DNA from: a virus
Taxonomy: Duplodnaviria; Caudoviricetes
DNA length: 63,726 nt
IMG/VR virus record: IMGVR_UViG_3300027734_000066
Coordinates: 1-63,726 of that record
Direction: 5' to 3' (one strand)
A model generated the notes under the pieces. The model was not told where the DNA came from. It did not search any database and worked only from the letters and a program-made list of their open reading frames with translations. A program made the translations under genes and the position numbers. Positions 9,798 through 17,162 of the stretch are shown piece after piece. Positions within the stretch are counted from its first letter, which is position 1, and each line of letters opens with the position of its first letter.

Positions 9798-10753
9798 TAG
9801 CCACCCCCAATGTAGGAGCGACGCGGCACAAACCGAATCGCAGCCTTTTCTCTATCCTCTCCTGCTGCCAAGTCAAACTGTTCGTCGTATGCGGCTTTTA
9901 ACATTGGGATGCGTGGCGCAAGTTCAGGCACCTTCATGGCAATGTGATAGGCCAAGCCAGCCGCTACGCAAGGCAAAAAGCGGAAATTCATGTCTGCGGT
10001 CTCAACACCCGCCCCAGCATCCTGAATACGGCGCATACGCCAGTAGGCAAGCTGGTAGTAGGGTTCGGCTGCGGTGCCCTGATCTGGGGTTGGCCAGACG
10101 GTTACAGCAGGCACTTGGGGCCAATAAACTGGGGCTCCAGCGGTATGCGCGGCAGGGAAGGTGTCTTGTTGGCCACGGCCACAGTTAGAGAGCGTTCCTT
10201 GCGTGCTGCCCACAACAGTCGTGATGTAGCCGTAGCTGATGACTTCACTGTCCAGACGGATGAAACCCGCCGCTGGCAACGCCGTCACGTCACTTAGGGT
10301 AATCGTAGTGGCAGTTGCGGTAATGGTAGAGGACAACAGGCCAGCAGTTAGGCTTTCTTGGCCCGACATACGCTGAATCCAGATTTGGATTGGGCGTGCC
10401 TGCTGTAACTTGTTTGGGATCGTTGCGTACGTAGAGACACTGATTCGCGTGATTGAGAGGTCAGCCTGCGTAGACACATTGCCCGCGCCCGTACGGATGA
10501 CATGTTCCAACAGGTCAATTGTGTCGTTTGGCAGCGCGTAAGTGTTAACACCTTGCACAAGGTTAATAGTCCCCTGATCAATCGTCCACATGTTGATGCC
10601 ACGGTTCTGCCACTCGATGGTCATCAGGTTCATTGAACGACGTGCAGTGCGTAGGTCATAGCCCGTACGCATCTCGCGGCCAGCACGCTCCCACGACTCC
10701 TCTGCAATCTCAGTGAATTCGAGGTTGAAGATGGATGTGCCTGAAGTGCTCAT
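9797..10753 (-). CDS. Head-tail connector (P22 gp4-like) with inserted beta domain
   Basis: MSTSGT..FNL...EESWERAG...ARRSMNL; C-terminal RFLPCVAAGLAY. Confidence 0.6.
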   Translation of the reverse strand: MSTSGTSIFNLEFTEIAEESWERAGREMRTGYDLRTARRSMNLMTIEWQNRGINMWTIDQGTINLVQGVNTYALPNDTIDLLEHVIRTGAGNVSTQADLSITRISVSTYATIPNKLQQARPIQIWIQRMSGQESLTAGLLSSTITATATTITLSDVTALPAAGFIRLDSEVISYGYITTVVGSTQGTLSNCGRGQQDTFPAAHTAGAPVYWPQVPAVTVWPTPDQGTAAEPYYQLAYWRMRRIQDAGAGVETADMNFRFLPCVAAGLAYHIAMKVPELAPRIPMLKAAYDEQFDLAAGEDREKAAIRFVPRRSYIGGG

Positions 10754-10986
10754 TACCTGTGCCTCGCTGTTTTCTTTGCAATTGTTTTAGGTTGCGCTAC
10801 GAATTGTTTACCGGCGGCTTTTCCTGCTCGCTTGGCTTTGGTCGTCGCAGCGTACTCAGCAGGGCTGAGACTTTTAATCGCAGCTTCTGGAAGGTATCTT
10901 TCACCAGTGTCAGAAGATTTTTTACCACTCTTGGTTCTCCATTTTTGGTCACCCCAATTTTTAAGGGATTGCTGCGGGGCTTTCAT
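10753..10986 (-). CDS. Small basic protein (DUF5872-like)
   Basis: MKAPQQSLKNWGDQKWRTKSGK...GERYLP. Confidence 0.6.
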   Translation of the reverse strand: MKAPQQSLKNWGDQKWRTKSGKKSSDTGERYLPEAAIKSLSPAEYAATTKAKRAGKAAGKQFVAQPKTIAKKTARHR

Positions 10987-10987
10987 G

Positions 10988-11308
10988 TCAATCCCTGTAC
11001 CCGCCACCGGCGGCTTTGTACTTCTTAGCCACAAGCTGCGCTTTGCGGGCTGACCACTGACCTGCCCCCGTGCCTTGAGTTGCTGCGGCTTTTACCTGAG
11101 ACACGATTCGCTTGCGCAAACTGGGTTTGGTGTAATTACCTGCGGCATTGACCTTACCACCTTCAGCGTACTCAAGGAAGTCCGTATCATCGCGGCGCTG
11201 GCGCACCTGCCCATCCTCGGTGAAGTCCGTGTTGTCACGGCGTTTCTTCACCTTGGCTTTGGGCATTTTATCTGGGTTGATGATCCCCATACCGCGACTT
11301 GCTCTCAT
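10988..11308 (-). CDS. Small basic protein (DUF5872-like)
   Basis: NYTKPSLRKRI...GQWSARKAQLVAKKYKAAGGGY. Confidence 0.65.
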   Translation of the reverse strand: MRASRGMGIINPDKMPKAKVKKRRDNTDFTEDGQVRQRRDDTDFLEYAEGGKVNAAGNYTKPSLRKRIVSQVKAAATQGTGAGQWSARKAQLVAKKYKAAGGGYRD

Positions 11309-11310
11309 GA

Positions 11311-11634
11311 TTAGCAGGCGTAGCCGCCGCCCTTCATGGCAATCATGGTGCCTTTGGTCTTGCCTTTTTTGGCAATGCCGTCAGCGCGACGGGATGCAGA
11401 GCCTACAGAGCCACCCTTTTTAAAGGCAGGGGCGGGCATCACAGACTCATCAGGCGGTGCGCTGCGGGGCTTAGGAGCCACTGGCATCATTGGCTTTTTG
11501 AGCATGGGTTTTTTCATGGCCATAGGGGGTTTTGGCATGGGCTTTTTCATGGGCGCAGATGCCCCGTCAATGTCTTGTGGTACCGGCATGCCCTCACGAA
11601 ACATACCGCCGTCGGCAAATTTACGTTTTTTCAT
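11311..11634 (-). CDS. Met/Lys/Pro-rich small late protein
   Basis: TAATG coupling; FADGG, FKKGG and RADGIAKKGKTKGT motifs. Confidence 0.65.
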   Translation of the reverse strand: MKKRKFADGGMFREGMPVPQDIDGASAPMKKPMPKPPMAMKKPMLKKPMMPVAPKPRSAPPDESVMPAPAFKKGGSVGSASRRADGIAKKGKTKGTMIAMKGGGYAC

Positions 11635-12077
11635 TAGCACTTCCCGCCTTTCTTCATTGCAATTTGAGTGCCTTTGGTTTTGCCTTTTGTGGCAATACCA
11701 TCAGCGGCTTTGCGGTACACAGCGCCGCCCTTTGCCAGCTTAGTCATGGGTTGACCCTTGTGCAAACGGCCTTCGTGTTTGTTCACGGCCTTCTGCATCA
11801 TGCCTTTATCTTGCTTCATGTCTGCTTTAGCCATGCCACCTTTGTTCAGAAAGGCGGGCACTTTTTTGCCGTCCTTCATTTTCATAGGCATGCCACCGTC
11901 TGCGTATCCGCCCATATTCATCTTTTTCATGTCACCACCTTTTGAAAATTTGCGACCTTTATCGGCCTCGTTAAAGTCTTTACCCACGGACTGTGGGACT
12001 CCTGCTTTCTTAGCAAACGATGGCGAGTTAGCTATCGCAGCCATGAAATTGTGTTGTTTTTTACTCGTGCTGGGCAT
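11634..12077 (-). CDS. Met/Lys/Gly-rich small late protein
   Basis: MPSTSKKQHNFMAA; six xxxGG motifs; ADGIATKGKTKGT. Confidence 0.7.
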   Translation of the reverse strand: MPSTSKKQHNFMAAIANSPSFAKKAGVPQSVGKDFNEADKGRKFSKGGDMKKMNMGGYADGGMPMKMKDGKKVPAFLNKGGMAKADMKQDKGMMQKAVNKHEGRLHKGQPMTKLAKGGAVYRKAADGIATKGKTKGTQIAMKKGGKC

Positions 12078-12306
12078 AGTTGCCTTTTAGATTGTCAATC
12101 TTGCGTTCGATGCGATCAAACCTGTCGAGCAACTGTTGCATGTCTGCACGAAACTCGGAACGAGTGATATGGTCACGAGCAACTTCTTCACGAGTACGGT
12201 TCAGCAAAATACTGAGCCTGTCCAACTCGTCAAATTTACCTTTGAGCAAAAAACCCATGACTGCAACGATTGCACTCAGGGCGGCGTTCCACAACATCAT
12301 TTCCAT
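12061..12306 (-). CDS. Small membrane/coiled-coil protein
   Basis: Hydrophobic N-terminus, LLNRTREEVARDHIT, coiled coil. Confidence 0.6.
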   Translation of the reverse strand: MEMMLWNAALSAIVAVMGFLLKGKFDELDRLSILLNRTREEVARDHITRSEFRADMQQLLDRFDRIERKIDNLKGNYAQHE

Positions 12307-12307
12307 A

Positions 12308-12565
12308 TCAGCACTTCCATCTTGCAAGTGAAGCTGCTTTACGAGTGGGCTTACCCTTCTCGTCTTTCATTGGCCCCGGCATACCACTCATGCGTGCGCA
12401 GAACGAGTCCTTGCGCTTGCCACCCTGCGGTTGCGGAGCTTTGAGGTTGCTGCCGGTTGCAGCGTTGTACTTGGCACGGCCTTTGGCAGTCAGACCCGCT
12501 CCCTTGGAAGCAGGCAGCTTTTCACCACGACCAATAGCAAGGGATGGGCCTTTATTTTTAGCCAT
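12308..12565 (-). CDS. Small basic protein (DUF6321-like)
   Basis: GAGLTAKGRAKYN...RKDSFCARMSG...RWKC. Confidence 0.65.
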   Translation of the reverse strand: MAKNKGPSLAIGRGEKLPASKGAGLTAKGRAKYNAATGSNLKAPQPQGGKRKDSFCARMSGMPGPMKDEKGKPTRKAASLARWKC

Positions 12566-12839
12566 AGAACACCGTGATTTTTGATGCTGTGGGCAAAGTT
12601 ACGTGTATATCAGTTAGATACAACACTCCCTCACCCGGCACTAAAACAGAAAACGCAGATTGGTTGGTAGACAAATTAAACTGAAGGCGAACTGTGCCGG
12701 AAGCGCCGCCATCCCTAAGAATAATGTCTCCCGCAGTACCGCCGGGCGTGACAATCAGACCTTTAAGTCTGTTGCGTCCCGACACCACCGTGCCTGTAGT
12801 TTCTTTGTGAACCGCCAGTACGTCATATTGCATGCCCAT
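12558..12839 (-). CDS. Small structural protein
   Basis: GGAG RBS; RLKGL...PGEGVL...TVFYG. Confidence 0.65.
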   Translation of the reverse strand: MGMQYDVLAVHKETTGTVVSGRNRLKGLIVTPGGTAGDIILRDGGASGTVRLQFNLSTNQSAFSVLVPGEGVLYLTDIHVTLPTASKITVFYG

Positions 12840-12882
12840 AATCAATCTCCTTCAGAACAGGGGCCGAAGCCCCTTGGGTTGA

Positions 12883-13407
12883 TTAAGCAGACGCTGGGAA
12901 CTGCGAACCGTTAGAGTCAGCAACCGTGTAGACGATGGTGTACTGCACCGTACCAGCAGTAACAGCGGCCACAGTGGGAGTCATTGTGGCAATCACTTTA
13001 ACGTCCGTTGCGCCAATACCAATCCCGCTGGGGGATGCAGTAGAGGCTGCGCCGCACCATGCGCCTAATTTGGCGGCTGCGTTGCTGATAGCCGCACGGC
13101 CAGCAGTAGTCACATCTGTAGCGGCCCAGTACAGGGCTGCGGTAGTGCCATCTCCAATGCTGACGTTGGCGGCAGTGGAGCCGGTAAACGCAACAATGGT
13201 GTCAATGTTGATGTCAAGGATTTGAGCGCCAGCAGGCAACACGCAGATGGTGTCAGTAGTCGCAGAAGCGGCTTGGCCTGTGTAGTTCTTCTTGAAGGTC
13301 TGAGAAACGACGGTTGCGCCGCAGTTTTCAATAGTACCGACAGTGGTGCCAGTTGTGTTGCGGACAGTGCCAAGCAGCCAAGGGCCAAGGTGAGTTGCGA
13401 ATCCCAT
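12883..13407 (-). CDS. Capsid-associated / decoration-like protein
   Basis: Immediately downstream of MCP; LPAGAQILDI beta-rich fold; AAGGA RBS. Confidence 0.65.
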   Translation of the reverse strand: MGFATHLGPWLLGTVRNTTGTTVGTIENCGATVVSQTFKKNYTGQAASATTDTICVLPAGAQILDINIDTIVAFTGSTAANVSIGDGTTAALYWAATDVTTAGRAAISNAAAKLGAWCGAASTASPSGIGIGATDVKVIATMTPTVAAVTAGTVQYTIVYTVADSNGSQFPASA

Positions 13408-13424
13408 GATATTTCCTTACATAC

Positions 13425-13490
13425 AAGTGAAGTGCATCAATCGGTATGTCGTCTGCCGGGACAGTTTGATGCACCGGAATTCCCGGAGTG
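13425..13490 (-). ncRNA. Structured RNA downstream of the gpT-like MCP, candidate Mu-gpT-DE motif
   Basis: 9-bp stem GTGCATCAA/TTGATGCAC (13432-40/13466-74) with CCGGGA/TCCCGG (13456-61/13481-86) pairing into its loop; position matches the described Mu-gpT downstream element; not verified by covariance model. Confidence 0.55.
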
Positions 13491-13510
13491 ATTCAAATAT
13501 ACACCAAATA

Positions 13511-13545
13511 ACAAAAAAGAAAAGCCCCCGAAGGAGCTTTTCTTT
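13511..13545 (-). terminator. Rho-independent terminator after major capsid gene
   Basis: AAAGAAAAGCTCC-TTCG-GGGGCTTTTCTTTTTT on minus strand. Confidence 0.85.
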
Positions 13546-13552
13546 ACGCCGT

Positions 13553-14461
13553 TTAAGCGCCGGGGGAACCGAAGATACCCAGAGGGTCGGAAACACCGAA
13601 GCTGTAACGCTCGCGGGCCTTGTAACGGCTGTTGCCGGTATCAAAGTCAGCGTCCATGCCATTTTGCAATGGGCTACGGACAAAGTGCTTTAAGCCATTA
13701 GGCACGTCAGTCATCAGGAACCATGCGTTGGTATCTGTCAAGTAGTGATTGACACAATAACCTTCGCGGATGGAACTGTTGTTCTTGAGCGCGTTAATGT
13801 CGTTGTCGGTGGTGCCGACGCGGAGTTCGGTTTCCAACAGACGGGTTGCAACGAATTGCAACGTTGGGGGCACGACCAGCTTCTTAGGCTGAGCAGCGAT
13901 CAACAGGCCACGTTCGTCTGTCCAACCAGCGATCTGAATGACAGCGGCTTCCAAAGAAGTCTCATTCAAGTCGGCAGCGACAGTAGGACGATTGCTGTTG
14001 GTACCACCAGACACCAGAGGGTGGGCTGTCGAGCACAGAACTTGACCGTCACCGTAGGTGGGGCCGCCAGTAAAGGCAGTGTTCAAGATCGAAGCAGCTT
14101 TAACTTGCTTGGTGTAAGCCATGGCGCGAGCCAAAGCCTTGGTGTATCGAGCGGACAACGAGTCATACAAGTTGTCTTCGATAGCCTCTTCGGTCAGAGA
14201 GAAACCCATCGCAATGGTTTCGTGCACGTAACGTGCAGTCCACGCTTCTTGCGCGTTGTCGTACGCCAATGCAGAACCTTCATTCTTCACTGGAGCGGCA
14301 CTGAAGCCAGACAACTTGGTTTCTTCTTCAAAAGAACGCTCAGAGGTTTCGGTCTCGAAAATCTCTTTGTGCTCTTCGCCGTACTTTTTGTACTCCAAAC
14401 CAAACAAGGCGTTTAGGCCGGGGAGCAGTTCTTTAAGTAGTTGTGCGCGTGAAATAGCCAT
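13553..14461 (-). CDS. Major capsid protein (Mu gpT-like, HK97 fold)
   Basis: MAISRAQLLKELLPGLNALFGLEY...DFDTGNSRYKARERYSFGVSDPLGIFGSPGA; strong RBS; followed by terminator. Confidence 0.9.
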   Translation of the reverse strand: MAISRAQLLKELLPGLNALFGLEYKKYGEEHKEIFETETSERSFEEETKLSGFSAAPVKNEGSALAYDNAQEAWTARYVHETIAMGFSLTEEAIEDNLYDSLSARYTKALARAMAYTKQVKAASILNTAFTGGPTYGDGQVLCSTAHPLVSGGTNSNRPTVAADLNETSLEAAVIQIAGWTDERGLLIAAQPKKLVVPPTLQFVATRLLETELRVGTTDNDINALKNNSSIREGYCVNHYLTDTNAWFLMTDVPNGLKHFVRSPLQNGMDADFDTGNSRYKARERYSFGVSDPLGIFGSPGA

Positions 14462-14472
14462 GATTTAGCTCC

Positions 14473-15081
14473 TTATACACCGGTTGAGTTGTTGTACTGG
14501 TGCATAGTTGCATTTATCTTGACGATAAACTCAACAAATGTATCAGAGCCTGTTGCTGTCTCACGAACCACATCAATGATGCGGATAGGCAGCGTATTGG
14601 TAGTAGCTTGAGTGCCTTCATCAATAGCCACTGCTGAGTTACCAGTGGTGGTAGAGCCAGCGTTTTGAATCAAAGCAATGTTATTACCAATAGCAGAAAT
14701 GCCCATTCCAGCCACAGTTGTGCTTGAAGAACAAGAGACTACTTGGAACAGCGTATCAGGATCATCAGCGACCACAGCGAAGATTTTTGTCCCCGAAGCA
14801 ATTGCTTGGCTGGCTGGATAGTACTGTTGTTGTTGGACTTGACCAGTTGACTGGTTAGTAAACTGAACGCCCAAAAACACACCGCAAGGCGTGGCAGTTG
14901 TGGTGCCAGTGTCCTTTTCGATAGTGCCATCAGAAATACGTTTAACCAAATCGCCGTAGAAAATGCTGGTGGCATAGCCACTTGCAATTTGCATCAAGCG
15001 GGTTGCACCCGCAAACACCTGTCCACCAATTAGGTTTACAGGTTTTAGCCCGTAGGGGGCGTCTACCGTGGGATAAGCCAT
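14473..15081 (-). CDS. Capsid cement/decoration protein
   Basis: MAYPTVDAPYGLKPV...IFYGDLV...DDPD; directly upstream of MCP. Confidence 0.65.
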   Translation of the reverse strand: MAYPTVDAPYGLKPVNLIGGQVFAGATRLMQIASGYATSIFYGDLVKRISDGTIEKDTGTTTATPCGVFLGVQFTNQSTGQVQQQQYYPASQAIASGTKIFAVVADDPDTLFQVVSCSSSTTVAGMGISAIGNNIALIQNAGSTTTGNSAVAIDEGTQATTNTLPIRIIDVVRETATGSDTFVEFIVKINATMHQYNNSTGV

Positions 15082-15098
15082 TTGTGACTCCAAAAAAG

Positions 15099-15551
15099 TT
15101 AAGTTCCATTACCAAAACGAGACACCGTAGTTTTGCGTTCGTTGTAGAGCGGCATACGGGGGTCGTTTTCGCGCATGAGATTGTTGTCAACTGATTTCAT
15201 CTGTGACGACGCTTGGTTGTTAAACCAATTGTTGCGGTCATGGACAAACTCAGTGGGGGTTTTGCATAGCATCAGACCACCAATCACGATATTGTCTTTG
15301 AAGCGTTCGTTTTCAACGCCAGCAACGAAAATTTCGGGGTGATCGGCAGCCTTAACGGGCTCCCAGCCTTCTTGTAGTTTCAAAGACACATTCATGGCAT
15401 CGGCTTCGCCGCGAGTGCTGATGCGAACCCAATGGAATTCATAGCCATCCTCCGGGAAAGGAGTTGGCAAGGTTTCGGGTCGAGACCACGATTTCTTGCG
15501 GGCCGTTTTTTCACGGGTTTCCAGTTCACGATTAAGTCTGTTCTCAGCCAT
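15099..15551 (-). CDS. Conserved head-module protein
   Basis: WVRIS...EGWEPV...IGGLMLCK. Confidence 0.7.
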   Translation of the reverse strand: MAENRLNRELETREKTARKKSWSRPETLPTPFPEDGYEFHWVRISTRGEADAMNVSLKLQEGWEPVKAADHPEIFVAGVENERFKDNIVIGGLMLCKTPTEFVHDRNNWFNNQASSQMKSVDNNLMRENDPRMPLYNERKTTVSRFGNGT

Positions 15552-16578
15552 TTTGTTTCCTCAATTCTATAGCAACCTGTTTGGCGTATTCGTTTAGTGG
15601 CACTCCGAGCCTGTTAGCCAGAGCAACCTGTGTACGGGAGAGAGTGATCTTTTTAGGGGCCACACTTCGAGTAGCAGATGCAACGACTGTCGTCTTGCGA
15701 CGACGCTCTTCGGTCACCTCCTCGTGGTCATCATCGTCCTCAAAGGACTCTGGGAACACTTGGCGCATACGAGAGTTGATTTTCTCGTAGTAATCGTCAG
15801 ATCGCGGGTTGACGCCCTGTTTGACCAGTTTTTGGTGCAACCCCAGCGCAAAACTGGTCATCTCATCGTCTTCTCCGAACCATTTATTGGCTTTTTGCCA
15901 ATCTACGGCGCGGTCATCAACAGACTGTGCTGGGGCGGTTGTTTGCGTTTGTACATCATACTCGTCTTCTTGTAAAGTGGGAAGTTTTAGGTTGTTTACT
16001 CGCTCAACCTTCATTTTTGCAGTAGTCAGTGCCTCTTGAGCCTCGACCACGGCGTCCGCTTCCCCAGACTCGTAGGCTTTCTTGTACTGGGCTTTGGCCT
16101 CGTCATGCTCGGCAGCGGCCATCTTTTTGGCCGATTCCAGCATCGCTTCTTGGTTCTTGGAGACAGTGCCCTTGAGCTTTTTGTTCTCCTCAGCGATCTG
16201 TTGCGCATAACGCAACGCTTCCTCACGTTCTTTGGCGGCAGATTCTGCTGCACGCCGCTGGTCGTGATAGCCCTTGCTAAAGTGTTGCAGGCGCTTGCGC
16301 ACCTTTTCGGAATACTCGTCCATTTCCTCTTCGGAAAGCTCCATAGGAGCCTTAGAACGCTTCTTCCCTTGATCTTCTTCGGGGCGGTCATCAACCACCT
16401 CAATGTCAAAATCGTCTTCCTTGGCTTTCGCCTTGGCCTTTTCGCGCTTGGCTTCTTCATCCGCAGCGCGTCCTTCGACTTTCAGCGCAAAGCTGCCGTC
16501 GCTATTTTCCACAAAGTCTGTTTTATCCGACACCTTATCGGGGTCGGGAAACTCAAACTCCACCTTTTGTATAGCCAT
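15544..16578 (-). CDS. Scaffolding protein
   Basis: Acidic coiled coil with C-terminal LSRTQVALANRLGVPLNEYAK; between portal and MCP. Confidence 0.7.
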   Translation of the reverse strand: MAIQKVEFEFPDPDKVSDKTDFVENSDGSFALKVEGRAADEEAKREKAKAKAKEDDFDIEVVDDRPEEDQGKKRSKAPMELSEEEMDEYSEKVRKRLQHFSKGYHDQRRAAESAAKEREEALRYAQQIAEENKKLKGTVSKNQEAMLESAKKMAAAEHDEAKAQYKKAYESGEADAVVEAQEALTTAKMKVERVNNLKLPTLQEDEYDVQTQTTAPAQSVDDRAVDWQKANKWFGEDDEMTSFALGLHQKLVKQGVNPRSDDYYEKINSRMRQVFPESFEDDDDHEEVTEERRRKTTVVASATRSVAPKKITLSRTQVALANRLGVPLNEYAKQVAIELRKQNG

Positions 16579-16588
16579 GTTCTACTCC

Positions 16589-16966
16589 TTATGCACGCGA
16601 TATGCCACGCGGGTCGGCTACGACAGCCTCAATTGAGTCGTCGTTCATGATCCGATACTCTACACCATTCACACTGACACGAGTGCCAGAATATGAGGGG
16701 AATACCACATAGTCACCTACCTTGCACCAAGGGCCATTTGGGAAACGGCTCTTGTCAGAGTAGGCTTGATCGCCCATGTCGAGCACAAGGCCCACAGTAG
16801 ACATGATGCGTTCTTCACGCATCGTTTGCTTTGCCTTGAGGATGCCCATTTCTCCAAGGGTTTCCTCAATTTGCGGTAAAGCAATCAGCAACCGATACCC
16901 AACAGGCTTTGGAAGCTGGGCTTCCACTTCTTCGTCAGTTACGGCGGTTTCGACTTGATCAGTCAT
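16589..16966 (-). CDS. groES: GroES-like co-chaperonin
   Basis: PKPVGYRLLI...GPWCKVGDYVVF...YRIMNDDSIEAVV (Cpn10 pattern). Confidence 0.8.
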   Translation of the reverse strand: MTDQVETAVTDEEVEAQLPKPVGYRLLIALPQIEETLGEMGILKAKQTMREERIMSTVGLVLDMGDQAYSDKSRFPNGPWCKVGDYVVFPSYSGTRVSVNGVEYRIMNDDSIEAVVADPRGISRA

Positions 16967-17159
16967 TGTCTTCTTCTTCCATTTGAGAACGCGAAAGGTC
17001 TTTCGTGGTTTGGGTAGCAAGCTGGAGACCCCGAATCCTGCCTACTACTTCCCGATATTCAGCAAAGTCTTTAGCTCCACCGTTTATCAAGAACTGGGTT
17101 GAGGAAGCTATATCTTCCTCGTGTTTCATAACGAGCACGTCAAAGACGGATTTGGCCAT
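16959..17159 (-). CDS. Small head-module protein
   Basis: GAKDFAEYREVVGRIRGL; GGAG RBS. Confidence 0.65.
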   Translation of the reverse strand: MAKSVFDVLVMKHEEDIASSTQFLINGGAKDFAEYREVVGRIRGLQLATQTTKDLSRSQMEEEDND

Positions 17160-17162
17160 GGA

